Positions 35,601-44,800 of a DNA stretch of 64,000 nucleotides are shown piece by piece. Location of the stretch: assembly GCA_965247035.1 (NCBI GenBank), contig CBDFGJ010000003.1, positions 1,252,840 through 1,316,839 on the forward strand, in the 5' to 3' direction. Every line of letters begins with the position of its first letter. The first letter of the stretch is position 1. The notes beneath the pieces are model-generated. The model saw nothing but the letters and a program-made list of their open reading frames with translations, was not told where the DNA came from and did not search any database. Source of the stretch: Candidatus Azophilus sp. GTDB taxonomy: Bacteria > Pseudomonadota > Gammaproteobacteria > Pseudomonadales > Azotimanducaceae. A program made the position numbers and the translations under genes.

Positions 35601-38403
35601 GCATACCCAAACCGATGGCGCCACGCCTGCTCCGGCAGTTAATTTGACTGGTGCCAACCCCGCCAGCCCGACCTTCACCGCGCCGGCTACTGCCGGGACG
35701 CTAGTGTTCACCCTGACCGTCACCGATGATGATGGCGCCAGCCACACCGACACGGTAACCATCACCGTGTCTGAGTCAATGGACACAACCACGCCGGTGA
35801 TCACCCTTCTGGGGGACAGCCCCCTTGAGGTCGATCAGGGCGCCACCTACACCGACCCGGGCGCCACGGCGAGGGATGGCGGGGGTGGCCCTCTCACTGG
35901 CATCGTCGTTGGCGGCGACACGGTGGAGACCGACATGGTCGGCGAATACATCGTCACATATAATGTATTCGACAACGACGGCAATGCCGCCAGGACTGTT
36001 GCCCGCATCGTCCGCGTCGTCGAGCCGGACACGGTTCCCCCCGTGATCACCCTTCTGGGGGACAGCCCCCTTGAGGTCGATCAGGGCGCCACCTACACCG
36101 ACCCGGGCGCCACGGCGAGCGATGATCGGGATGACGATCTCAGCGCCGGCATCGTCGTTGGCGGCGACACGGTGGAGATCGACACTGTCGGCGAATACAC
36201 CGTCACCTATGATGTGTCCGACGCCGCCGGCAATGCCGCCGAGCAGGTCACCCGCATCGTCCGCGTCGTCCTGCTGGACACGGTTCCCCCCGTGATCACC
36301 CTTCTGGGGGACAGCCCCCTTGAGGTCGATCAGGGCGCCACCTACACCGACCCGGGGGCCACGGCGGGTGATGACCGGGATGGCGATCTCAGCAACCGCA
36401 TCGTCGTTGGCGGCGACACGGTGGAGACCGACACTGTCGGCGAATACACCGTCACCTATGATGTGTCCGACGCCGCCGGCAATGCCGCCGAGCAGGTCAC
36501 CCGCATTGTCCGCGTCGTCCTGCCGGACACGGTTGCCCCCGTGATCACCCTTCTGGGGGACAGCCCCCTTGAGGTCGATCAGGGCGCCACCTACACCGAC
36601 CCGGGGGCCACGGCGAGCGATGACCGGGATGGCGATCTCAGCGCCGGCATCGTCGTTGGCGGCGACACGGTGGAGACCGACACCGTCGGCGAATACGCCG
36701 TCACCTATGATGTGTCCGACGCCGCCGGCAATGCCGCCGAGCAGGCCACCCGCATCGTCCGCGTCGTCCTGCCGCCGGACACGGTTGCCCCCGTGATCAC
36801 CCTTCTGGGGGACAGCCCCCTTGAGGTCGGTCAGCGCGCCGCCTACACCGACCCGGGCGCCACGGCGAGCGATGACCGGGATGGCGACATCAGCGCCGGC
36901 ATCGTCGTTGGCGGCGATACGGTGGAGACCGACACCGCCGGCGAATACGCCGTCACCTATGATGTGTCCGACGCCGCCGGCAATGCCGCCGAGCAGGTCA
37001 CCCGCATCGTCCGCGTCGTCGTGGTGCGCGACCTTGATGCCTTGAACCGTGCGATTCTGCCCGAAGTGGCGCGCGACATAGCGGACCAGAACGTCAGCGC
37101 CATTGCGCGGCGCCTTGAGCAGGCGCGGCTGCCCTCGAGAGCCGCCGGCAGCGCCAGCCTCGGCGGCGCCTCCAGCCTGGCGGAGATCGCCAACTCCCAG
37201 GGACGCAGCATCGCCGATGACCGGTTTGACATGAAGCGGCTCCTGGGCAATTCCGATTTTGTCCTGCCGCTGAGCGCAGCCGGCGAAGGCGAAGCGGACG
37301 ACACCCAGCTGACCCTTTGGGGAGCGGGCGACTACCGCAACCTGAAAGGCGCCGATGGCGTGCGTTGGGACGGCGATCTGTTCAGCCTGCGAATGGGTCT
37401 GGATGTGCACCTGAATGAGAACACCATCGTTGGCGTATCCATCTCCGGGAGCCAAGCGAAGCTGGACTACACCAACCCCAGCATGGCCACCAGCGGCGAC
37501 TATGATCTGGATATGGCCAGTGTCCATCCTTATCTGGGCTGGGCTGCGGGAAGCATGGACTTCTGGGCGACCGCCGGCTACGGCAAGGGCGAACTGGAGA
37601 TCAGTGAAGACGGCGCGCAGACGGATATCCCCTCAAGCGACCTGAGCATGCAGACCTTGGCGCTGGGCGCTAACGGTGTGCTGATGGAAACCAACACCAC
37701 CACCCTGCTGCTCAAAACCGAGGCCTTGAGCACCGAACTGGAAGTGGATGCAAGTGAAGGGATAACGGCACTCACCCAGAAAGCCCACCGAGTGCGCATG
37801 ACCCTGGAAGCGATTCGCGGTTTCAGCCTGGATAGTGGCGCACGATTGGAAACCAGCCTGGAGGCCGGTTTGCGGTATGACGGCGGCGACGGCACGACCG
37901 GCACCGGCGCAGAGATTGGCGGCGGCCTGCGCTATGCGGGCCTTGGCGAGCGCCTGGTGATGGAAGGCAAGGCGCGGGCGCTGGTGGGCGGCAAGGGCGA
38001 TGCCGAGGAATGGGGGCTCAGCGGGCTGATCAAACTCAGCCCCTCGGCGAACGGGCGCGGCCTGTCCTTCAGCCTGGCGCCGGGTTATGGGGCGACCGCC
38101 AGCGGCGTGGAACGACTTTGGCAACAAGGGCTGGATGATGGCCTGGGGGCGCAGGGCGGTCAGGGCGGCAACAACTACAGCCCGAATCTGGACATCCGTT
38201 TGGATTACGGCATGGATGTTCCCGGGAGGCCTGGCCTCATGACGCCCTACACTGAATTCAGCCTTGGCGACAGGAACACCTATCGCCTGGGCCTGCAGTG
38301 GCGGCACAGCAAGTGGTTTGATCTGAAACTTGTCGGCGAGCGCGAAGAAAGCGGGACCACCGCTGAGCACCGCATCTACCTGAAGGGCGAGATAGCGTTC
38401 TAA
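29674..38403 (+). CDS. Giant autotransporter-type adhesin (2,909 aa): Sec signal peptide, multi-domain Ig-like/cadherin/PKD/DUF5011-like passenger, C-terminal outer-membrane beta-barrel
   Basis: The signal peptide is MNKTITQFVFAAALLVAMLASTGIAHA|QS. Ig-like modules carry the D.G..D.ITSNG and W.YS.NGG motifs. A cadherin repeat is present (YAENADVATLPVATYAATDAESNAFAWSVAGADANLFAIDADGVLTFKASPNFED...TVTNVDE). PKD-like units follow the pattern ANAGPDQ...TLSGSGDDPDGD. There are five tandem DUF5011-like repeats. The C-terminus (LTLWGAGDYRNL...YRLGLQWRHSKWFDLKLVGERE...IYLKGEIAF) has alternating-hydrophobic beta-strand patterns and a terminal aromatic residue, as in autotransporter barrels (PF03797-type). 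Confidence 0.9.
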   Translation: MNKTITQFVFAAALLVAMLASTGIAHAQSVTYADGQTAIRADSFSIRTSGTQTSVNFFPLKTGTYTVVAGGQTKNVTVTADDAGDEASIVFTLGDAVVGDAVLSFGSVEVARQRIGTPPPTISLRGPFAGNAQRITRIREIDFVIADDFNGGRQPVIDYWELSINGGTNYDFTKVITPFRRPNIAFTLPEGRYDDDQVRVRQSIDQVLSPFAGLDAFIFDSTPPDITLKGDARIVLQVGDTYDDMGATVTDNLDTDIQSRLMVDSSAVDTSTAGTYTVRYSATDHTEHGANTGRATREVVVQGQLAFAVGGAPMLTSDGATVGGVTFAKAGDILTLAFTTNLALASTPTVTIFVGSSGRGARVTKGAGNAYSATYTVAAAHFPDSDGVAARYHIDTMVAADDASNTFNPPGVTSAILVDVVSPVVTFPEIVGRGVVGDEQSHSITFSEAVTATVASFSSSTGLMVDRVSGSGSDTLTVAYTPKAESFTLAVNLRGVTDRAGNRGPSSRTSRGGFADPAVLGPAPGIALERDTAADGAVNTDRLTRNRGIVVTLASDFDTNRDTWEYSINGGTTDYLPGTGTSFSLLPAGSAAYSADQVRARQTVDGVVSAFAGLDAFIIDIDPPTANLGSIAGAVIDRAGQTHDITFSENVAGLAAGDFSASTGITVTAVSGSDGGTDYTLTYTATAAAFTLLLSAGSVTDIAGNLVVETSLAGTATAPVNQRPTANAGPDQPNAVVNREVTLSGSGDDPDGDNSALIYFWGQASGPDVDLSNDGVARPTFTPAKAGIYTFDLTVIDDGGVARGTTDRVIITVSAATTDTTAPVITFDRFTHTGGVEVGTTVFFNVGDTLTAFVNSDEALAATSLEDAAFFDFDGSVRPVQDLLPVVGVANQYSATYTIKPEDNDAGPQFNVRGVTDTADPVNPAPNFRHPVGAVTIDTSVPVIALEGTSPVTVAHGGTYTEAEDAGISGASRGDTTAMTTTGPDAMAVNGIAVDTDTAGDYLITYIVTDRAGNVSNTLTRTVTVGAAPVANTAPVVSGNTAPNYAENADVATLPVATYAATDAESNAFAWSVAGADANLFAIDADGVLTFKASPNFEDAADADGGNTYEITIIATETDGNPSNLPSAPLMVTVTVTNVDEAGTVIISGTAQVGVELTASVTDPDGAVTDALYQWRSSGAGGGVVSGDPRVSATYQPVAADVGRTLSVTVVYSDPVPGGKNITSAPTAAVIAAPDTTAPMVTIPALGESTAGNTASVKITFDEAVTGLTSGDFTADNATVNSVSPDSGSDTTYLVTYTPGAAGAVRLTLTADSVSDTASPTPNTGPASPVTATGTAAAEATEDTTKPRITATMTIAGLTTAEFDADEFRMGIARLLNVRSSDVTILSITAASVIVEYEVVTTADQLAALAATLSGASASQLRTASGQTLPGTAVVTNTEAQTRQPPVAHAGFDQRNVDTGATVTLDGSRSTGDDLTYEWTVPTALGGTINLSSTTAVQPTFTAPPQANDLMFTLTVTDNDGVTATDTVTIFVTPADSFRIALADDTGIDGDGITSNGVVNVMNLPSGGTWTYSTNGGTSSTPGSGTSFDLDEGVYDADDVVATLAGVGEGEDETVELGPVTVDSTPLTVVTFGAIAAGVIGTPQEHDIIFAEAEDFDRTDITAAGATVNRVTSNDGITHTINFTPNAADFSLTLAMDSVVDVAGNSGPAAAAVASGTATEALAFTVGEEPTLTSDNSINSNYARDGDTLTLAFTLNQAVAALPAVTIAGGTATVTKGAGNDYTATYTVVANDVTDNTLVGYNIDAMAAADNLANTLAATDGSTDIRIDVTAPTVTLGAITAGVIDTEQTHDITFSEAVTGLAVGDFSVSNNIVASGDLVVNSVTPASGPSTTYTISITPRATAFTLVLAAGQVADVAGNAGPAVEASASGTATEPPNQPPVADAGDNQDVKTGVSVTLNGSRSSDTDGTIESYAWAHTQTDGATPAPAVNLTGANPASPTFTAPATAGTLVFTLTVTDDDGASHTDTVTITVSESMDTTTPVITLLGDSPLEVDQGATYTDPGATARDGGGGPLTGIVVGGDTVETDMVGEYIVTYNVFDNDGNAARTVARIVRVVEPDTVPPVITLLGDSPLEVDQGATYTDPGATASDDRDDDLSAGIVVGGDTVEIDTVGEYTVTYDVSDAAGNAAEQVTRIVRVVLLDTVPPVITLLGDSPLEVDQGATYTDPGATAGDDRDGDLSNRIVVGGDTVETDTVGEYTVTYDVSDAAGNAAEQVTRIVRVVLPDTVAPVITLLGDSPLEVDQGATYTDPGATASDDRDGDLSAGIVVGGDTVETDTVGEYAVTYDVSDAAGNAAEQATRIVRVVLPPDTVAPVITLLGDSPLEVGQRAAYTDPGATASDDRDGDISAGIVVGGDTVETDTAGEYAVTYDVSDAAGNAAEQVTRIVRVVVVRDLDALNRAILPEVARDIADQNVSAIARRLEQARLPSRAAGSASLGGASSLAEIANSQGRSIADDRFDMKRLLGNSDFVLPLSAAGEGEADDTQLTLWGAGDYRNLKGADGVRWDGDLFSLRMGLDVHLNENTIVGVSISGSQAKLDYTNPSMATSGDYDLDMASVHPYLGWAAGSMDFWATAGYGKGELEISEDGAQTDIPSSDLSMQTLALGANGVLMETNTTTLLLKTEALSTELEVDASEGITALTQKAHRVRMTLEAIRGFSLDSGARLETSLEAGLRYDGGDGTTGTGAEIGGGLRYAGLGERLVMEGKARALVGGKGDAEEWGLSGLIKLSPSANGRGLSFSLAPGYGATASGVERLWQQGLDDGLGAQGGQGGNNYSPNLDIRLDYGMDVPGRPGLMTPYTEFSLGDRNTYRLGLQWRHSKWFDLKLVGEREESGTTAEHRIYLKGEIAF
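30025..30032. repeat. Homopolymeric C8 tract inside the autotransporter coding region (codons ~118-120, GTPPPT)
   Basis: Counted directly: gaca CCCCCCCC gacc. Confidence 0.95.
35782..37020 (+). repeat. Five in-frame tandem repeats (246/249/249/252-bp spacing) each encoding a DUF5011-like Ig domain
   Basis: Repeat starts (GAC of D-T-[TV]-x-P-V-I-T-L-L-G-D-S-P-L-E-V) are at 35782, 36028, 36277, 36526 and 36778. Copies 2-5 are near-identical at nucleotide level (PVITLLGDSPLEVDQGATYTDPGATASDDRDGDLSAGIVVGGDTVETDTVGEYTVTYDVSDAAGNAAEQVTRIVRVV). The periodic off-frame ORFs in the track at 35825, 36071, 36320, 36569 and 36821 mirror this. Confidence 0.95.
37309..38400 (+). other. Autotransporter translocator (beta-barrel) domain of the 2,909-aa protein, preceded by a helical linker (37021-37308)
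   Basis: It runs from LTLWGAGDYRNLKG to the terminal ...EHRIYLKGEIAF. Amphipathic strand patterns are repeated, Gly and aromatic residues are abundant, and the last residue is Phe. The linker is VVVRDLDALNRAILPEVARDIADQNVSAIARRLEQARL. Confidence 0.8.
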
Positions 38404-38511
38404 GTTCCGCCATCCTCGCCGCAGGCGGGGGTCCAGAACGGCGAAGCCGTAATCCTTTCGCCATTCCCGCCTTTTCCTTCGTCATTGCCCGGCTGGCAGT
38501 AATACTCTGAT

Positions 38512-38543
38512 AGCGAGGCTCCGCCCGGGGCTTCGCTTTTTTT
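38512..38543 (+). terminator. Rho-independent terminator after the autotransporter gene
   Basis: Stem AGCGAGGC (38512-38519) pairs with GCTTCGCT (38530-38537), including one G-U pair. The loop is GC-rich and a T7 run follows (38537-38543). Confidence 0.7.
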
Positions 38544-38615
38544 GTCTGTCATCCCCGCCGCACCCCGTCATTCGCGGTGTCAAAGCGCCTCAATTCCCTC
38601 CCCCTGTGATATCCC

Positions 38616-38644
38616 TTGCTAATTCCATGGTGTTTTTGTATAAA
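38616..38644 (+). promoter_or_regulatory. Candidate sigma70 promoter for the giant ORF (TTGCTA-17-TATAAA); a second candidate TTGCAT-16-TAGATT lies at 38649-38676
   Basis: The hexamers and spacers were read directly from the sequence, in the 430-bp intergenic region between the terminator and ATG 38832. Confidence 0.4.
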
Positions 38645-38727
38645 CGCCTTGCATGCAGGCTATCCGCCGCTAGATTTGGGCAGACCAACAATCAGCTTTG
38701 TTCGTGCATAGTAGGGACCAAAGCATC

Positions 38728-38835
38728 ATGAACAAGCTAATCACCCGATTCGCTTTTGCCTCCGCGTTACCGGTAGCAATAGGTATCCCCCCGCACACAC
38801 AGCGGGGGCCAGGCATCATGAAAAAAGTGCTATGA
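38728..38835 (+). other. Upstream 35-codon leader ORF resembling a decayed signal peptide; its stop overlaps the giant ORF start (ctATGAac)
   Basis: ATG 38728 opens MNKLITRFAFASALPVAIGIPPHTQRGPGIMKKVL*, with TGA at 38833-38835 overlapping ATG 38832-38834. The N-terminus MNKLITRFAFASAL parallels the real MNKIVTQFALVSAL. It contains a C6 tract, (CA)4 and a G5 tract. Confidence 0.6.
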
Positions 38836-41800
38836 ACAAAATAGTCACTCAATTCGCTCTCGTCTCGGCGTTGCTGGTGGCGATGATGGCATCAATGGGC
38901 ACCGCCCATGCGCAAACGCTGCGTATCACTGGCTCCCTGACCCCATCGTTTACCGAGAATGTTGCCCGCGCCGCGGCAGTGTACGCCGCGAATGTCGACG
39001 GCGTCAGGGTCACCAGACCTGACTGGTCGGTCAGAGGTGAGAATGCGCACTTATTCTCGATTAGTCGTAGGAATGATGGTAACGGCTTATTGACCTTTAA
39101 CGAGCCGCCGGACTTTGAAGCCCTCGGTGCCACAGTCGAGATAAACGTCATCGCCACCCGGTCTGTCGGGGGTTCACTACAGACAGCTTCGCGGTCGGTA
39201 TTGGTCAAAATCATCAATGTGGATGAACCGGGCAGAGTCAACATCGCAGGTGAGTCACGGCTTGGGGCGACCTTGACCGCCACAGTGGATGACCCGGATG
39301 GTAATGTCAGAGACATCACTTACCAATGGTATCGAACATCGAGAGTCGATGTAACGGCGTTCCGCCTCATTGATGGTGAAACCTCCCGCACCTTCACGAT
39401 AAGGCCCCCAAGCGTCGATTTTAGCGGCGACCGCGACCGAAACATCCAAGTCAGGGTCGAATATAAGGACGTTCATGGCGACCAGACCGCCACCAGCCAC
39501 CAAGTCATCCGGGCAGAAGCAATAAGTTTCCCTTACTCCACAATCCACACAGCCCACACAATTGAAGCCTCGGGGCCCGCCAGAGTTAGCCCGGGGCAAT
39601 CTTATACCTACCGCGTGGGTGCGAATCAGGTCGTAGGAGTGAATACCCATGCGGTGGGCATATTCAGCAACATCAGTCGCCAGGGGCAGATCGTTGCCCG
39701 GCATACCGATTGCGCAGCACATAAGCCTTTGTTTTGTCTGCTTACCACCAGCACCAGCGCCTCTGACCGGTACTCCAATGCGAGGTTGACCTTCCGGGAT
39801 GGTGCATCGGACTACTTGACTCCCTCCTCGACCCGTCAATCCTGGACCTACACAATCACCGTCAGCCGCGACGTCGAGGATGGCGACACCATCAAACTGA
39901 TCTACGCCCACAGAAACACGTTGGCGGCGCCGAGCGGTCTTGGTATGGAGTTTTTCGACATAGTAGCGGTGGTTCCTATCCCTGAACCGCCGCGCAATCT
40001 GGCTGTGCGCGGCGCGGATGAAGAGGTGACGCTCAGTTGGAATGAGCCGAGCAATGTCGCAGATGCGGGCGTCCTTCGTTATGAATACCAACAAAGCACA
40101 ACTCCAGGAAACTTCAGCGGTGGCTGGAGTGCCATTGAAAGTGGCGATTCGATCAGCAACCTGAGAAACGGCGTCAGATACTACTATCAGTTGCGCGCCG
40201 TAACCACGAGGGGTGCGGGGGCCATGGTCTATGGTAATGCTGAGGTAGGACCCAGACCGGTCGTCACCTTTTTTCAATTGCCGACCGACATGACCGCCAC
40301 CATGGACTCCACGGCGACCATGAGATTCGCCACGCCAGTGCGTGGCTTGAGCCGGAATGAAGCGGAATGGAGGACTAATATCAGCACTACCAATGCCCGT
40401 ATCGTCAGCATATACAATGTTGATCAGGACAAAACCTACCGAGGTTCCGGTGCTGCACCGCTCGGTTTTGACGGGCTCACCGGAAGTTACGAAGTCACCC
40501 TTAGACCGCTTGCCGCCGGCGGAGTAAGCCTGGTCGTGCATAGCAGTTCAGTATTCAGCGCAGCGGGGCACCCAAGTACTATCTTTAGTGCCAGTGGTAC
40601 TGCGCTTTCGATGCCGCCGCCCGGCGTGCCGGTCAACTTCGCTGCGCACGCCGGCGATGGGAGCATCGGTTTGACCTGGGAGCAGCCGGTCACGGGCGGC
40701 GTGGTTGTCTCTTATCGCACCGAGTGCGTGGCTGGCGACAGTCGAAGCGTCAAGGACACACCAGAACTGGGCGTTATGCACACCAGCCTGGTCAACTCGA
40801 GGGAATACCGATGCACCCTGAGTGCGCAAAACTCGCAAGGAGAAAGCGCCGAAGCGGTTGCCACGGCACGCCCGCTTGTTGGTGAAGGCGTGGTGGTAGA
40901 TGGGACGAACTTTGACCCTGCGGGCGCCCGCGTATTCACACTCCGAGGCCCGGTCACGATTAGAGCCGGCGGTGTCTATAGATTTGAATTGAGCAAGCCG
41001 TTCGGCGATGTGGAACAAGATGGGCAACAAAGCGTGGCTTTGTATAGCGAGAATAATGCCGATTCCATCGCACTCGGCGGCAGTGGCTGTGGCAGTCGTT
41101 TCTGCTTCTCAACCAATTCCCCGGCCGGTGCCTACTCCGGCTTGGATGGTCAAGCCGACTCGGCCGGTAATAACCTGCAGGAAGGCGGAGCCTTCTGGAT
41201 ATTAACCCTCCATGTTGGCGAGGATGTCACCGAAGGCGAGCAGGTTTTCATCGGCATGCGAGAGCATGGCACATCGGAAGGCAACCGGCTTGGGCGGATG
41301 CTTACCCTGAATGTGGAGGTTGCCCAGCCGTCGCCGCCGCGTAATCTGCGGGTGATTAGTTCATCCGGACGCGCCACTTTGATTTGGGTGCAACCGGAAA
41401 GCGATGGCGGCACACCAGTCACTCGCTATGAATACCGCGTCAGCCAGAGCCCGGGAAACTACCCCCCGGACGCAGAGAGCAGATGGATGGGGATTCCTGA
41501 CAGCGCCTTCAAAATCCAGCATGTTGTGCCGAACCTGCAAAACAACACGCGCTATTACTTTCAAATACGTGCGGTCAACGTTGTGGGGGCCAGCCCGCCG
41601 TCTGGCGAGGTAAGCGTTGTCATCAGAGAAAGGCCCGAACTCGCCGTGCCATTTACTCTACCGGATGACATGATCGCGGGCAGAGCGTCCACGGTGACCC
41701 TCACCTTCGTGTCGCCGGTCAATGGTCTCGGCGTAGACCCTGCGGATTGGGTATCCGACTTTCTCGGCAGCAACAATGTGGTGATCAACAGCGTGCGCAA

Positions 41801-44800
41801 TGTTGACCAGAACAAAACCTACAACGGTCAAGGCACCGCGCCAGTTGACTTTGACCGCGAGACTCAAAGTTATGTCATCACCTTCACGCCACAGATATTC
41901 GGCACAACCAGCGTTGAGATCGGCATAGGCGGTGTGCGCATCGGTGGTCTTGACGGCGCGGCCGCGGATTACAATGAAATTCTATTCCTCGCCATCAACA
42001 ATTCTGGTGTACCGCTGCCACCCGCCGCCCCGACTAATCTTATCGCTCGGTCTTTTAGCACAGAGGATATTGAGCTCTATTGGGACCGTTCCATCGGTGA
42101 CAGTCCGGTGATTGATTACTCTGCGACCTGCACCACAACCGCCCCGTCAATTGATCCACCCTTAACCCATACCGCAACCACCACCGATACCGAGGTTGTC
42201 ATTCAGGGCGCGCGCCCTGATGCGGTATACGAATGTCGTGTGGTTGCTCGCAACCCGGGCGGCTCCAGTGGTTTTGCTTCGGCAATCATACGACCAGGCT
42301 TTACCGGAGAGCATACTGAAGACTATAGAGATGGCGGGTTCGGCATCCAACTCGTCGGCCACAGAACTGTCTTTGCGGGCACCACCAATAGATACCTTCT
42401 CCGCAAACCTTCCGGCGACATCACCAGAAACGATGATGTCGCCATCGGCATATACAGCAGGACGGCGGGCAAGGTTGGGCTCACCGGGCATGGTTGCACT
42501 TCGACTTTTTGTATGGAAGTCGACTCCACTATTCCCGGCACCCTCTTTACCGGCAGAGGTTACGCTGACGGTGCCGCCCAGTATCTGGATGCGGGCGGAA
42601 ATTTCTGGACCATTGAAATTAAGATTGCTGCAGATGCTCGCGACGGCGAAACGTTTGACTTCGCCCTAGTGCAAACGCCACGCGGCACGGACAAAACAAC
42701 ACGACTGTTCAGCGTCACCGTGCAAAGCTCGGCACCCCTCTCACCTGTATTGGCGAGCCCGGTCGCCGGGGATAAACAAGTCCGGTTGTCATGGCAGTTG
42801 AACTCCGTTCAGGTTGGTTCGACCATTGCCACCGAGTATCGCCAAACCACGACTGCGGGATCATATCCCCGCCAAACCAGCCCCTGGACACGCATCTCCA
42901 ATAGTGCCGCCAGCCGCCTGTCCTACACCGTCGGGGGGCTACGCAACAACATAAACTACTACTATCAGGTGCGCGCAATCAACGAGGTTGGTCCCGGCAC
43001 ACCGAGTAATGAGGTTTCAGTGCATGCCGGACCGAGGCCCCAACTCTCCGGCACCTTCGCCTTGCCGGACACAATGATTGCAGGCGACGAATACGATACG
43101 ACTGTCACCTTCGCCACGCCGGTCAACGGTCTTGGTATCAGCCCGTCAGACTGGGTGAGTGATTTCGCCTCATCTTCTAATATGCGGATTATTCGCGTAC
43201 ACAATGTTGATCAAAATAAAACCTACAACGGGCTGGGTAACGCGCCAGGGGGATATTCTGCCGAGACCAGAAGTTACACCATCACCTTCTCGCCAACCAA
43301 CCGAGGCTTTGCCATATTGACAATAGGAGCGGGAGCGGTGCGCATCGGTGATACCAATGACTTTTTCAGTACTCAGACCTTCAGCGCCAGAGAGGTCGCC
43401 GGAGCGCCGGAACTGCCGGGTACCCCCACTGATTTTGGAGCCATCCCCGGCGACGGCAGCATCACCCTGTTCTGGGGAGCACCGACCAGCGGTGGCACCC
43501 CCACTAGATACGAGACGAAATGCTCTGGCCCGACTTCTCCGGACACAACTACGGATACGGAAACCTTCACCCGCACCTTCACCGGGCTCACGAATGACAG
43601 GGAATATCGTTGCCAGGTGTTAGCCCACAACTCGGCTGGCAACCAGGGCACGTCGGAAATAACCGTTTGGCCACGCGTACTGGCTGCCGGCGTGGATGCG
43701 AGAACGGAAGATATTGCGGTGCGTGGCGTCACGTTTAATCTGGACGGTCCGACCACAATCCGACCCGGGAACACCTATCGTTATGAACTGCGCAAGCCTG
43801 GCGGCGATATCAGTGGTAATGAAAGCATCAGTTTTGCTATCAATTCCGACGACCAAAGCGTCGGCGCCGGCGGTGAGGATAACGCAGGCAATGATAACGG
43901 TTGCCGTGATAGCCGGTTTTGTATATCTACAACGAGCCAGATTGCCGCAACAGACCACCGTGCGATTGGATACACTGACAGTGCGGGATGGTTTTTGCAG
44001 GGAGGTGGAAATTACTGGGAATTTGATCTCGGGGTTAAATCGGCAGCGGTTAATGGCGATCAGATAGTCTTTACCATCAGAGGTCCGGCAGGCGATACCG
44101 ATACTCAAGCGATACTCACCGCCACCGTCGAACTTGCGTCCTCCAGCGCGCCGATCAATCTACGGGCGACCAGCGCACTCAACGGCGTCAGACTGATATG
44201 GGATGCGCCGGCTGACTTCGGTGGTCGAGCCATCAGTCGTTACGAGGTTCAGTATCGGCAAAGTAATACCAACGATGCTTGGAGAAGTGCCGACGCCGAC
44301 CTCACCGGCACCCGCACCCGCACGATCAGTGGTCTGGTTAGCCGACGGGCTTATGTTTTCCGCGTGCGCGCCATAACTTCCGTGGGTGTTGGCAACTGGT
44401 CCGATGAAGTCACCAGGGAGGCGGGAACAAGACCAGTCCTGACTTTTGACGCCACGCCGTCCAACACCGCTGTCGGTGCGCAGAGCAGGGTGGTGCTTGA
44501 GTTTGCAACTCCGGTTGAAGGTCTCGGTGTCAACCCGACTGACTGGATAGATGATTTTGCCGCTAGTACCAATGTGGACATCGACCGCGTGGAGAATGTT
44601 GCGGAAGGGGTGACCTACGACGGTGTTGGCGAGCCGCCGGCAAATTATCACCTCCCGACCAGATCATTTGTCATCTACTTCACACCACTTGCTCTCGGTG
44701 CTGCGGATATCACCATCCGCACGGGCGGAATACGAAGCGAACTTTTCAATGATGCACCGATTATCCTTGGCAGCACGGTGGATCGACTGGGGAGACCGGA

